Assembly: GCF_006345805.1 (NCBI RefSeq)
Contig: NC_043012.1
Coordinates: 58,094,001 to 58,158,000, forward strand
Source of the DNA: Octopus sinensis
Taxonomy: Eukaryota
Length of the DNA: 64,000 nt
Reading direction: 5' to 3'
In this document: positions 1-12,450 of the stretch, piece after piece
How positions within the stretch are numbered: the first letter of the stretch is position 1
Layout: the number at the start of each line of letters is the position of its first letter
The notes under the pieces: generated by a model
What the model was told of the DNA's origin: nothing
Seen by the model: only the letters and a program-made list of their open reading frames with translations
Databases searched by the model: none
Program-made: the position numbers and the translations under genes

Positions 1-29
1 ATTCATGTATGTATGTAAGTAGGTATATG

Positions 30-151
30 CATTTATACAAACATATATATGTATATCCATATATATGTATATATATACATATATATATATAAATATATAT
101 ACATATATATATATTCACATATGTATGCATGCATACATACAAACATACATG

Positions 152-217
<66 letters not shown>

Positions 218-665
218 CGTCAATTACACTCTCCATACAAATTTTGATCAATTCGAGAATCAACCTATTTGTAAATACACGCTTTCACAAGCCACTGTCT
301 ATACATATACCTACGTAGGTACAGACATATACACAAACAAAACACTCACACACACACGCGCATACACACACACACACACACATATATATGTGTGTCTATA
401 TATATACATTTATATATATGCACATATGTAGATATATATATATATAAATCCACATGTGTATATATATGTGTGTGTGTGTGTGTTTGCAAACGAATATACA
501 TATTCGTATACAGACATACACACATATACATACGTGCATATATATATATATAAATATATATTCATACCCACACACCCACACCCGCACACACACACATACA
601 CACACGCACACACACATATATATAGGGGCAACCACATGCACGCGTTCGTGTGTGTTGCATACGTG
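30..665. repeat. Compound (TA)n/(CA)n microsatellite
   Basis: Directly visible dinucleotide runs; they account for the YIYI/HTHT ORFs at 33-746. Confidence 0.95.
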
Positions 666-1425
666 TATATACTCGTCTTAGTGATAAGTCTCACAAATAT
701 TTTTATAGATGTCCCTATTGAAGACCCCTTTTACAAAGCCGTTTAGAATGTATTTCATTTTGAAGAGATATTTGTGTAAATGGACTTTATATTCATGTAT
801 TCCACAAATACAGCTATAACTACGATATTATATTCGTTTCATCGTGGTACACCATAAAATACCATAATTCGCCATGATGCTTGCGTAGATTTGTGGGGAA
901 TAGTTTCATATTCAAAGAGAAAATTGTTTCGCTTCTAACGCTATAAACTCTAATATGTTATTGAATATATTACCAACCGTCATATTGGTCAGCATCCACC
1001 ATTTTTTTTTCGATCTTCAATGCAAGTTGCTTATTATTATTATCATTTTTGTTTTTTGCCTTTTTTAAACATTCCCTGCGACAAAGCTGACTATTTATTG
1101 TTTTAATCTACACAGGGAAATGTTCTGTATATCCTTTTTATATGTGACGTTCTAAATATTGTATCTTTTGGACATCGGATAGTTCTATATTGCTATTACA
1201 TGTGATTTAACTTCCTGATTTCATTTCTGTTTTGTTAGCCCTGTCACGTCATCGAATCATGGACGCTGTGTTTGTTTTTTTTTGTTTTTTTGTTGCAACC
1301 TTCCTATGATCAAAGATATTCCGATCGCCAACATTGCATTTTTTCCAGATTACAATTTCTAGCCTATCTTTTAATTTTATATACGTTAATGTGCGATTTC
1401 AGACTGATTTCGTTGCTCATTCTAG

Positions 1426-1523
1426 GAGACCGATAAACCACATAGAGCTTGTATCACTGGCTGTGATATTAGATCTGTGATATCTGTTAAAAAGCCCGGA
1501 ACAATTCTCTCAACTGCCTTCAG
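1426..1523 (+). CDS. Candidate internal exon (ETDKPHRACITGCDIRSVISVKKPGTILSTAF), unassigned
   Basis: Acceptor gctcattctag|G, donor cag|gtagca, 98 nt open in frame 0. The opposite strand is also open (MEECYLKAVERIVPGF...), so this is ambiguous. No homology recognised. Confidence 0.2.
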
Positions 1524-2055
1524 GTAGCATTCTTCCATGACTATTTAAACCAATTCAGATGGTTGTCTATTTTTAGGTCGGCACCTATCTGGATCAAATA
1601 TTATAATTTTGAGAAATTCATCACGCAATCAGATGTGTTTCGAATGCGCAATTTTGTTATTTTCATTATTTCCAATGCGTATGTGGTAAAGAAATTTGGA
1701 AATCGAAACTCCATTCTGTATACTCCAGGATGGATATCAAAAATATCGTAATATTACATCTATTCATCTTAACGTTTTCAAACGAGTTTCTCTGTTTTCA
1801 TTTTACCTAAATGATTATAATAACTAATAGCTGGCAAGCAGGTTGTACGATAAAATAGTCGTACCATTTCAGCGAGTTGAATTGCGAGACTTGTAGTATG
1901 AGCAAAAGGGACATATGGACATTTGCTTTGTGATTTATAGATTGGTAGACTTAACCCTCGCACAGTTCATATTAACATGATTTTCTTGGGGATATTTAGT
2001 GGATTTCTCTCTGTTTCCAGCATCCAAGGACTAGCTACCAATTTCAAGATAACTA

Positions 2056-2604
2056 CGAGGGTGGGTCAAAAAGTAATGCCATTTTGTTTAGGACATGTAT
2101 AATTACCCACACAGGAACGTGTACCAAACATGAAAATGAAGCTGGTCCTCTGTAGATCACATCCCTACTTCTCAACGTAGTCACCGTTTCTCTCAATAGC
2201 AATGTTCCACCTTCGAATGAGAGCATGTATCCCGGCCCCGTAAAATTCTGTTGACTGTTCTTTGAGCCACTTCTTCACTACAGTTTTCACTTCCTCGTCA
2301 GTGGACTATCATCTCTTGGGCAGCATGAAAGAGCGTTTCAGAGGTAAACATTATTCCAGTGACGAGGAAGTGAAAACTGTAGTGAAGAAGTGGCACAAAG
2401 AACAGTCACCAGAATTTTACGGGGCCGGGATACATTTTCTCATTCGAAGCTGGAACATTGCTATTGAGAGAAACGGTGACTATCTTGAAAAGTAGGGATG
2501 TGATCCCCAGAGGACCAGCTTCATTTTTGTGTATGATACATGTTCCTGTGTTGGTAATTATACCTGTCCTAAACAAAATGGCATTACGTTTTGACTCACC
2601 CTCG
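2056..2604. mobile_element. Mariner-derived fold-back MITE (two inverted transposase 3' ends)
   Basis: TA-flanked (2054-55, 2605-06), termini CGAGGGTG...CACCCTCG. Arms ~2056-2305 and ~2355-2604 with a 49 nt spacer. ORF 2262-2495 encodes a mariner C-terminus (DYHLLGSMKERFRGKHYSSDEEVK...NGDYLEK). Confidence 0.9.
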
Positions 2605-2849
2605 TACTTTCATTCCATGCACTAGTTTTAGATGCTATAAATAAAGAAAAGGCCGAAAACACTACACACATATCCCTAAGTATACGTTAAATAGTTGCTA
2701 TTCAGACGTCAGTGGGCTTATGTTTCCCTTTCTGTTGTTGTGGAGCAGAAAATCAAATAAACATCAGTGATACATCATAATTTCATACTAATTATAGTTC
2801 TCTTTAACAAAATCACTCTTGGTAACAAACACACAAAAATTAATCTTGA

Positions 2850-3110
2850 CTTACCTAAATTTCAGCATAAATTACAAAGTAAATGTCCATTTTTTACCAT
2901 AAATTAAATATCGCGCTTGTCCACCACATAAAGTCTCGTTTCACCACAATCATAACCCCAAAGTTAATGTCATGTTTGACTACAAACTTTATTCCAAATG
3001 AAATGTCACTTTCTGACAAAAGACTTTAACCCGAACAAAATGTTGCCCTCGACCACAAATTAAATCTCATACTTTACCACAAACAATATCTCATCTTTGA
3101 CCGTAAACGA
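2850..3110. repeat. Degenerate ~24 nt minisatellite (minus-strand unit ~TTTGTGGTAAAGTATGAGATTTAA)
   Basis: Recurrent ACCACAAA/AAATGTC/AAATCTC motifs at 24-36 nt spacing. Confidence 0.55.
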
Positions 3111-3902
3111 ATCAGCGATATCGCCTTTATACGGGGAATAGCAGCCAGATCTGCTGAAAGCAAGCCATACTATTTTAAAGAGACAGCACAAATATACCAA
3201 AGTTATCGGAGACTAATACCACAGCACTGGCACGAATGGAACACCTTTCAACCATATGCCTGCCAGATCAAGTCTGACGTGGGGTTTAAAAAAAGCAGTA
3301 GCAAAAAACAACAACAACAACAACAACAACATCATCGTAAGTAGCATTGTATACACTTCACTATTCACTAGAAAATATCGAATATATTATTTATCACTCA
3401 TTTTAATTACAGGGCATGTGGTAAGTCTGTTAAACTAAGACTGGATTATTCTGTACAATACGATAATCGATGTCTTATAGTTCTTTGAATCTGACTTGTT
3501 TAAATAGAGATAAACTACAAAGAAGTCCACTATAGCGGCATAATCGGGGGAAAAATCTCTGATCAATGCTCTTTAAGATTGCTTTCATATAGTTTCACTG
3601 CCGTCTTTCCTTTTTTCTTTTCTTTCTCGTTCTTTCTTTCTTCTTGGCAGCTAACAAGATGGCATCTAATGAGAAAACATTTTTGGCTGTGTGGGTGAGA
3701 TGTTCAATTATCAACCACGTGGTTTCGAGTTTATGACCGCAGGGTAGTATGCTGGGCTTAATGTCCCCCGCTATCATTCCGAATAAACGAAACTCTTGCA
3801 TCTGAGTGAATTTGGGGAAGGAACCTGAAAGTAGATTTTGATAGGGTTATAAAAAGTATATGTCTATATTTCACTTCTGCATCTCCGTGTTATATATATA
3901 TA

Positions 3903-3980
<78 letters not shown>

Positions 3981-4099
3981 CACGGAGATGTACGTGCATA
4001 GCAAGTGACCTGATCCGAGATCGTATGCTGGAACGAAAACAATTGCAACGTCGAAGGTGTTTATATGCCATTTAAGAAACCGTTAGATTCACTTCAACA

Positions 4100-4119
4100 T
4101 TTAAATTTAAATGGAATTG

Positions 4120-4169
<50 letters not shown>

Positions 4170-4341
4170 TGTGAGTGTGTGTGTGTGTATTTGGAGCCGA
4201 TGAAAGTCTTGGGGGTACATTTGGTAGACGGAAACTGAAAGAGGCCTGTCGTATATATATATATATATGTGTGTGTGTGAGTGTATGTGTGTGTGTGTGC
4301 GTGTGCGTGTGTGTGAGTGTATGTGTGTGTGAGTGTGTGTG

Positions 4342-4410
<69 letters not shown>

Positions 4411-4416
4411 GTGTGT

Positions 4417-4459
<43 letters not shown>

Positions 4460-4460
4460 C
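4100..4460. repeat. (TG)n array with embedded SINE-A fragment (~4180-4255)
   Basis: TG runs; the tttggtagacggaaactgaaagagg motif matches the other SINE-A copies. Confidence 0.85.
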
Positions 4461-4669
4461 ATGTGTGGATGGATTGTGGTAAGCATATGATTTATGCTTG
4501 TGTAGAGATCTTGTCCCTCACAGATTGATAACCCGTGTAAGTTTATTTACGTCTCCGAACTTCATTTAAGATTTTAATTACTAATAAATGAGCTGGTAGC
4601 TCTCTGTTTCATTAAGTCCGGACATTTTAAGGTTGTAATGATTACACTCGTCGCTAATCTGCAGAAATT

Positions 4670-5300
4670 GTTTATTTGTTTTAGTCAGTGGACTGCGGCC
4701 ATACTGGAGCGCCACTTTTAAAATGCTAGTCGAGCAAATCGACGTCAGCATTTATTTTTTGATACTTTTTAAGACTGGTATTTATAATATCAGTTTTCTT
4801 TTGTCGGACCGCTAAGTTTTGAGGACGTAAACTAACCAGCACCGATTCTAAACTGGTTGTGGGAAACAAATGCAAAGACACTCAGAAATATACGCGCGCG
4901 CAAGCACACAACATACATACATACACTCATACATATACACATACACATACACTCATACATACACATATGCGTCAAATTCAGACACAAGTTATTGGTCGAC
5001 CTGGTGCTATAGCAGAAGACATTCGTACAAGGTACCACGAAGTAGGACTGAACCCAAGGCTGGGAAGCATCATTCTCAACCACATAACCACGAATAAGCC
5101 TGAGAAAGTAAAGTCTTTTACTCGTTTAAGTCATAAGACTGCGGCCATGCTGGAGCGCCACCTAAAAGTGTTTTAGTCGAAGAAATCGATCTCAGGACTT
5201 TTTTTCTGTAAGTGTAGTACCTATTTTATTTATCGGTTTCTTTTGCCAAACCGCTAGGGCCCTGGACATAGACAAACCAGCATCAGTCGTAAAGCAATGT
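4670..5300 (-). mobile_element. Cluster of SINE-A fragments
   Basis: Reverse complement of the SINE-A head (4960-5110) and tails (gactgcggccatgctggagcgcc at ~4690 and ~5140). Confidence 0.8.
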
Positions 5301-5310
5301 GGATGGGGGA

Positions 5311-5417
<107 letters not shown>

Positions 5418-5429
5418 TACTCACACACA

Positions 5430-5946
5430 CAAATATCCTTTTTACACTAGGCACAAGGGCCGAAATTTTGCGGGGAGGAACCAGTCGATTAGACCGACTG
5501 CGGTACACAATTGGTACTTAATTTATCGACTCCGAAAGAATGAAAGGCAAAGTTGGCCTCGGCAGAATTTGAACTCTGAACCTAAAGACAGACGAAATAC
5601 CTATTTCTTTACAAACGGCATGGGGCTAAACGGAGAGGACTAACAAGGAGAGACTAACGGATTAAGTCGATTATATCGACGCCAGTGTGTAACTGGTACT
5701 CAATTTATCGGCGGAATTTGAACTCAGAACGTAACGGCTAAACACAGAGAGGATAAACAAGGACAGACAACGGGATTAAGTCGATTATATCGACCCCAGT
5801 GCGTAACTGGTACTTATTTAATCGACCCCGAAAGGATGAAAGGCAAAGTCGACCTTGGCGGAATTTGAACTCAGAACGTAACGGCAGACGAAATACGGCT
5901 ACGCATTTCGCCCGGCGTGCTAACGATTCTTGTAGCTCGCCGCCTT
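5430..5946 (-). mobile_element. SINE-B with internally reiterated modules
   Basis: Head rc gctcgccgcctt at ~5945; the gaatttgaactcagaacg / gattaagtcgattatatcgac module recurs about three times. Confidence 0.85.
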
Positions 5947-6075
5947 GCGATTATGTATTTCAAAGTCTATGAGAATTATTTAATACAGATTTTGGAGTGT
6001 AAAGGTGATACATAAAAATAATTATTTTCTAAGAAAATGTTATGAGGATGTTATTTTATGAGTAATTTATTGGCC

Positions 6076-6130
<55 letters not shown>

Positions 6131-6133
<3 letters not shown>

Positions 6134-6700
6134 GGAGAATTGACAAAAAAAAAAAAAAAAACAAACGACGAAGTCAGGTGAGTAGGCAACAAACAGATGT
6201 ATTAGTTTAACGCTCAGGAAGTGGAAAAGTCTTTAACGTTTCGAGCCTTCGCTTTTCCACACAAAGGAACACAGAAGGAAACAGGGAGAGAAAATAAAGA
6301 ATGTGTTGTGGCTAGCGATCTATCATGGCGAATATCGGACAGAGGGGTCACACAGGAGAGCTAGGAAGACGGGGAGATAATAAAATAATGGTGCTCCCAA
6401 AACGAAGATGCTCGTACGTGTGTGTATGAGAGCGTGTATGTGGGAGTGGAAGAGGGCTGGTGACCTTGACGTGTGCGTGTGTATACGTGTAGGTGTGTGG
6501 GTGAAGTTGTTGCTGCTGGGAAGTGGTCAGTGCTAGTGTGCGTAGTGGTTTGATGTAATGTGTTGTGATGGAATGGTGATGTGTGGTGGTGTTGGGATAT
6601 GGGGAGGCGAGATTGCGGAAAGCAAGGGTGGGGTGTGGGTTAGGCTGAGGGTGGGATAGAGGCGGCATCTGTAGGAGTGGGTTTAAGGGATGTGGTGGAG
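6131..6700 (-). mobile_element. Penelope-like terminal-repeat unit, copy 1, with degenerate minimal hammerhead (6231-6266)
   Basis: Minus strand cttt-gtgtgga-a-aagc-gaag-gctc-gaaa-cgtt-aaag has HHR topology with palindromic AACGTT. The unit is bounded by (TA)n. Confidence 0.6.
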
Positions 6701-6742
6701 TAATATATATATATATTATATATATATTATATATATATATAT

Positions 6743-7309
6743 AAGGGGAGAATTGACAAAAAAAAAAAACAAACGACGAAGTCAGGTGGAGTAGGCAACA
6801 AACAGATGTATTAGTTTAACGCTCAGGAAGTGGAAAAGTCTTTAACGTTTCGAGCCTTCGCTTTTCCACACAAAGGAACACAGAAGGAAACAGGGAGAGA
6901 AAATAAAGAATGTGTTGTGGCTAGCGATCTATCATGGCGAATATCGGACAGAGGGGTCACACAGGAGAGCTAGGAAGACGGGGAGATAATAAAATAATGG
7001 TGCTCCCAAAACGAAGATGCTCGTACGTGTGTGTATGAGAGCGTGTATGTGGGAGTGGAAGAGGGCTGGTGACCTTGACGTGTGCGTGTGTATACGTGTA
7101 GGTGTGTGGGTGAAGTTGTTGCTGCTGGGAAGTGGTCAGTGCTAGTGTGCGTAGTGGTTTGATGTAATGTGTTGTGATGGAATGGTGATGTGTGGTGGTG
7201 TTGGGATATGGGGAGGCGAGATTGCGGAAAGCAAGGGTGGGGTGTGGGTTAGGCTGAGGGTGGGATAGAGGCGGCATCTGTAGGAGTGGGTTTAAGGGAT
7301 GTGGTGGAG
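6743..7309 (-). mobile_element. Penelope-like terminal-repeat unit, copy 2 (near-identical tandem copy; HHR motif 6840-6875)
   Basis: Identical to 6131-6700 apart from poly-A length and one small indel; both give the same 106 aa ORF in the track. Confidence 0.6.
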
Positions 7310-7354
7310 TATATATATATATATATATTATATATATATATACACACACACGCA

Positions 7355-7516
7355 CATACGACGGACTTCTTTCAATTTCTGTCTACCAAATAAACTCCCA
7401 AGGATTTGGTCTGCCCGAAGCTATATTAGAAGACACTTGCCCAAGGTGTCACGCAGTGTGGCTGAACCCGTAAGAATGTGGTTGGGAAGCAAGTTTCTTA
7501 CCACGCAGCCATGGCC
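7355..7516 (-). mobile_element. SINE-A 5' half
   Basis: Reverse complement of gtggctg-cgtggtaagaaacttgc...tttggtagacagaaattgaaagaagtccgtcg. Confidence 0.85.
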
Positions 7517-8239
7517 AATTAAATATTTAAAACAAAACAATAAAATAAAGATAAATAATAACCCTGTTCAAATCCCAGAGTATCTGTTTCTATCAATCTA
7601 ACGTGACCTTCATGAAAAGAAGGCGAAATAAGTTCTAATAACTGTTTTTTTTATTTTTACCTTTTGTGAGATCTATATTAAAAAGTTAATCCGTTTGTGT
7701 GTAGGCGGCAGATTTGATAGGGGATAAAAATGGGGTCAAGAGGGTGAAATGTCATGTATGAAGGCCATTTAAAAGATGGGTGATATGAAGGAAAACAGGA
7801 AAAGGGATAAGAGATAAGAAAATAAAAAAAAAACAAGAATTCTGTATTATATACCCTGGAAACTAACGGAAATAACAATGATAAAATTATGAAAAAAAAA
7901 ATCTTTCTGATTAATACACGTGACCTTTATAACTGCAGACTAGTAAAACAATAATAATTACGAAAAAAACATGGACTTGGGAAAAGGTATTACGGTGATT
8001 AGAAAATTGGTTTGATTAAAGTTAATTCAGGAATAAATGGTCGTTTGCAAATATGAATGAGTAATACAGAAGTAAGCCTACTGGCCATATGAGACGAAGG
8101 TTTTATAGCAATGCGTGGCAGTTCACATAAGTGTCTTACCAAAAAATATTGAGTATACTAATATATTGTGATTAGAATTGGGTGGATCCTGTGCATAGGT
8201 ATATATATGCATTTGTCTATGAGTACAGGCATACATAAA

Positions 8240-8271
<32 letters not shown>

Positions 8272-8428
8272 CATACACGCGCACACGAAAGCACCGGCAT
8301 GAGCATCAACATCGCTAAAAATAGAAGTTAAAAATACTTCTGTGCCATAGACTATTCTGTGGTACAGAAGTATTTTTGACTTCTATTATTAGCGATGTAG
8401 GTATTCATGAGGTGTCTTCGTGCATATG

Positions 8429-8496
<68 letters not shown>

Positions 8497-8646
8497 TGTG
8501 TGTGTGTATGTATACACAAACAACATACAAACATATATATAATATAAGTATATAACTTGTATTGTACGTATATATTTTATAAATTTGCCTGAACGCCTTA
8601 TAAACTCGCTTGCCACACGTGATGGTATTTTAGTATCATCCCTTCT

Positions 8647-8851
<205 letters not shown>

Positions 8852-8995
8852 CATATGTATGTATGTAGACGTGTAGTTGTATATGTGCTCATTTACAGCA
8901 TATAACCTCCGAACGATAACTTTAATTCATCTCAGAACGTAAAGAGGAACGAAATGCCGATAAGATTTTTATTTACCCTTAATAGTAATAGTGGT

Positions 8996-9026
<31 letters not shown>

Positions 9027-9054
9027 GCAATAATAATAATAATAATAATGCTAA

Positions 9055-9240
9055 TATTTTCTACTAAAGGCAGAAGGTCTGAAATTTGGGAGAGGGGACT
9101 CGTTGATTAGACTCGAGCGCAGTGTTTCGCTGGGACTTATTTTATCGATTCCGTGTGGATGAAAGGTAAAGTAGGCCTCGGTGGAATTTGAACTCAGAAC
9201 TCGGAACCGTGCTAATGATTCTGCCACCTCACCGCCTTAG
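9055..9240 (-). mobile_element. SINE-B
   Basis: ggaatttgaactcagaac and gattctgccacctcaccgcctt motifs. Confidence 0.8.
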
Positions 9241-9400
9241 ATGAATTGCAAAAGTCGACATTACTTGGAACTGCACGCATATTGCGTAAAACACCGTCTG
9301 TCTGAGGTCCTTGTTGTTACTTGACAAACAGCACAAAACCCCGTTGGACACAATTATCTTCAATCAATAACCTCACGATATTGCATACTGTGAGACGTCT
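9241..9400 (+). mobile_element. R4/Dong-type LINE 3' end fragment
   Basis: Encodes ELQKSTLLGTARILRKT, matching the C-terminus of the other copies; 3' UTR runs into (CAA)n(TAA)n. Confidence 0.75.
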
Positions 9401-9423
9401 ACAACAACAACAACAACAACAAC

Positions 9424-9494
<71 letters not shown>

Positions 9495-9504
9495 TAATAA
9501 TAAT

Positions 9505-10175
9505 AATGCATAATGTGTTGGCATTATAAAATCAAAACTGCAGTCAAATGGTACGAACACCATCCTGTGGCTGCAACTGAGGGATAAACTGTAAATATTC
9601 TTTGGAACTTCCCAGCATGTACAGACCGGACCATCAAAGGAAACAATTCAGATATTGTTGTGAAAGACCAAAACAATAAAGTCTGTTTATTGACTGACAT
9701 GAGCATACCTTTTGATCATAATATCTCGGCAAAAGAATTTGATACGCTCAGAAAATATAAAGATTTGCTCATTGAAATCGAAAACATGTGGCATCTCAAG
9801 ACGATTCCAATACCAGTGGCTGTAGGAGCACTTGGAATGATCGAAAAGGAACTGAAAATTATTTAAGAATGATCCCTGGCTTGCCATCCATACAAGAAGT
9901 GTAAAATATTGTCTTAGCTCGTACGTCTCAAGTATTGAGAAGTGCATTGTCGCTGTGAACTTTCTTTCCTTTTCCCTTTTTATTTTCTTTGTTTACTTAT
10001 TTTCTTTTTTCGTTTTTCTTCCCCGTTTCTTGAACTTTGTCTCTATCCCATGACTTTGTAAATGGACAAGTTGATGTTTTTATTTTAATGGCTTATCAAT
10101 GTATACAGCGGGTTTCTCTGCCCTATGTGTCAGGAAGACGCTCGGCAAGAAATGGAAACAGAATTAAAAAAGATG
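9505..10175 (+). mobile_element. R4/Dong-type LINE 3' fragment (RLE endonuclease region + 3' UTR)
   Basis: ORF 9660-9866 KYKDLLIEIENMWHLKTIPIPVAVGALGMI; (TAA)n on both sides. Confidence 0.85.
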
Positions 10176-10184
10176 ATAATAATA

Positions 10185-10247
<63 letters not shown>

Positions 10248-10289
10248 TTAATGATGCTGAATATGATGATGATGATGATGATAATTGTC

Positions 10290-10790
10290 CGAAAATAAAT
10301 GGAGAAGTTGTTATGTGCAAAGACCTCGAAATTGAAGTTTTTCAGATGTGGCGCATGAAGGTGAAAACAATACTAATATTAATTGGAGCACTGGGAATTA
10401 TAAAAAAAAACATGTGAGCCAAAACGTAAACTACACACTCCCATGAACAGACCACATCCTACTGAAGACACTATTAATTCAATAATACAGCCGAAATAAA
10501 CAAAGCACAAGCACAAGACGCACACTATACAGCAATTATCCAGTGAAATAAACTTCCACAAGTAAACTAGGTAACCAACACATGTCTCACTTAACACACA
10601 ATACAAGCAGTAATACAGCAAAAAGACTGCACCGTACCACAAGAGAACAAATCTGATGCAATACAATACCGAGAGGAGTTTGCAAACCCACAACAACAGA
10701 AAAGAATGCACGATGCAGCGCACCCCTCATCAACATGGAGGTGTAGCAGGTGATGCAGTAGAAATTTGCCTCAATCTACCAAATGTCGAA
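10290..10790 (+). mobile_element. R4/Dong-type LINE 3' fragment (diverged subfamily)
   Basis: KDLEIEVFQMWRMKVKTILILIGALGIIKK; ends at (TAA)n. Confidence 0.75.
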
Positions 10791-10815
10791 CAATTATATA
10801 ATAATAATAATAATG

Positions 10816-10882
<67 letters not shown>

Positions 10883-10896
10883 CAACAATAATAATA

Positions 10897-11009
10897 AACA
10901 CTTTCCATACAATAACCATCAGAGCATCACAACAAATCACAGCACATACCTAAGGCACACAGAGCTGCGTTCGGTAGTAAAGTGAAAGCACGCTATAAAA
11001 ATAAAACTA

Positions 11010-11012
<3 letters not shown>
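10897..11012 (+). mobile_element. Very short 5'-truncated copy of the 27.7-30.3 kb Dong-type element
   Basis: acactttccatacaataaccatcagag...ataaaactactgaataataat is near-identical to the reverse complement of ~27749-27875; (TAA)n on both sides. Confidence 0.9.
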
Positions 11013-11097
<85 letters not shown>

Positions 11098-11220
11098 TAA
11101 TAATAATAAAATAATAATAATAAAATAATAATAATAATAATAATAATAATATAATAATAATAATAATATAATAATATTAATAATAATAATAATAATAATA
11201 ATAACAATAATAATAATAAT
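11013..11220. repeat. (TAA)n array
   Basis: Direct. Confidence 0.95.
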
Positions 11221-11224
11221 TTTA

Positions 11225-11430
11225 AATTTTGGCACAAGGCCAACAATTTTAGGGGAGGGGTTAAGTCTATTACACCGACCCCAGTGTTCGACTGGTACTT
11301 ATTTTATCGACCCAGAAAGGATGACATGCAAAGTCGACGTCGGTGGAAATTGAATTCAGAACTTAAAGACAGATGAAATGCCAGTAAGCATCTTGCCGGG
11401 CGTGCTAACGATTCTGCCAGTTCGCCACCT
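11225..11430 (-). mobile_element. SINE-B
   Basis: ggcacaaggcc...gattctgccagttcgccacctt. Confidence 0.85.
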
Positions 11431-11491
11431 TAATAATTACTAGCAGAAATGCCCGGCATTGCTGGGGATTTAAATGACTTAGTTTGTATAT

Positions 11492-11675
11492 GGCGCAGGA
11501 GTGGCTGTGTGGTAAGTAGCTCGCTTACGAACCACATGGTTCCGGGTTCAGTCCCACTGCGTAGCACCTTGGGCAAGTGTCTTCTACTATAGCCTCGGGT
11601 CGACCAAAGTCTTGTGAGTGGATTTGGTAGACGAAAACTGAAAGAAGCCCGTTGTGTATATGTATATATATATAT

Positions 11676-11713
<38 letters not shown>

Positions 11714-11935
11714 TGTGTGTGTGTGTCTGTGTTTGTGTGTCTGTGTTTGTCTCCCAACATCGCTTGACAACCGATGCTGGTGTGTTTACGTCACCGTAAC
11801 TTAGCTGTTCGGCAAAAGAGACTGATTGAATAAGTACCAGGCTTCCAAAAGAAATAAGTCCTGGCGTCGATTTGCTCAACGAAAGGCAGTGCTTCAGCAG
11901 GCCGCAGTCAAATGACTGCAACGAGTAAAAGAGTA
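11492..11935 (+). mobile_element. Full-length SINE-A (tRNA-like head, internal (TG)n, conserved tail)
   Basis: ggcgcaggagtggctgtgtggtaag...ccgggttcagtccc (Pol III A/B-box-like) ... cttgggcaagtgtc ... tail agtaaaagag; many paralogues in the window. Confidence 0.9.
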
Positions 11936-12044
11936 TATGCGGTTTAAATATATACAATATTTAAATGACACAGATTGCATATACAATTAACTTGAAAGTT
12001 GTGATACGAGACAGTGCAGCATCGACGACGAAACATATGTACAG

Positions 12045-12450
12045 TAAATGAAGGGCTGACTTGACTAAATGACATGTCATGCATCTTTTTGCAAAATTTC
12101 AGGCGTTAACCTTGTTGTGGAAAAGTGGGTGGCGGGTATGTCATTTTATAACGTACCAAAAAGCTCTCAGTGGATACATTCTCCTTTGCAGCGCTACCGC
12201 TGCTATACTGTCCAACCATTAGACATAGGAACTACATCTATGTGATAAATTAAACCTGTGGGAGCGCTCAATAGCACCACATGAGAGGAATCTGCATGAA
12301 AGAAACAACGTGGTGTGCTGGGTGGATTGGCAAGGAAGCACTTGGAAACAAAACTGTCGTGCGATCCATCGGTTTGGAGTCAATAGTTGTGGCTCAACCG
12401 TGCCACAGATCCTTCGCGTAAACAGTGTGCAACCATTGTGAGGACAACTC
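12045..12450 (+). mobile_element. Decayed mariner 5' relic
   Basis: Broken reading CMKE-QRGV resembles a mariner transposase N-terminus (recognised from memory). Confidence 0.4.

Noticed and set aside
2850-3110. Repeat-protein-like translation (FVVKxDI) on the minus strand ending at a strong donor
   Set aside because: The units contain in-frame stops and frameshifts, so it is treated as a decayed minisatellite.
5430-5946. Regularly spaced repeats resembling a CRISPR array (also 19.0-19.5 and 55.0-55.6 kb)
   Set aside because: They are long SINE modules without unique spacers; there are no cas genes and the context is eukaryotic.
6348-7355. Identical 106 aa ORF in both tandem units
   Set aside because: Low-complexity P/T/H composition from a C/A-rich repeat strand; the identity only reflects recent duplication.
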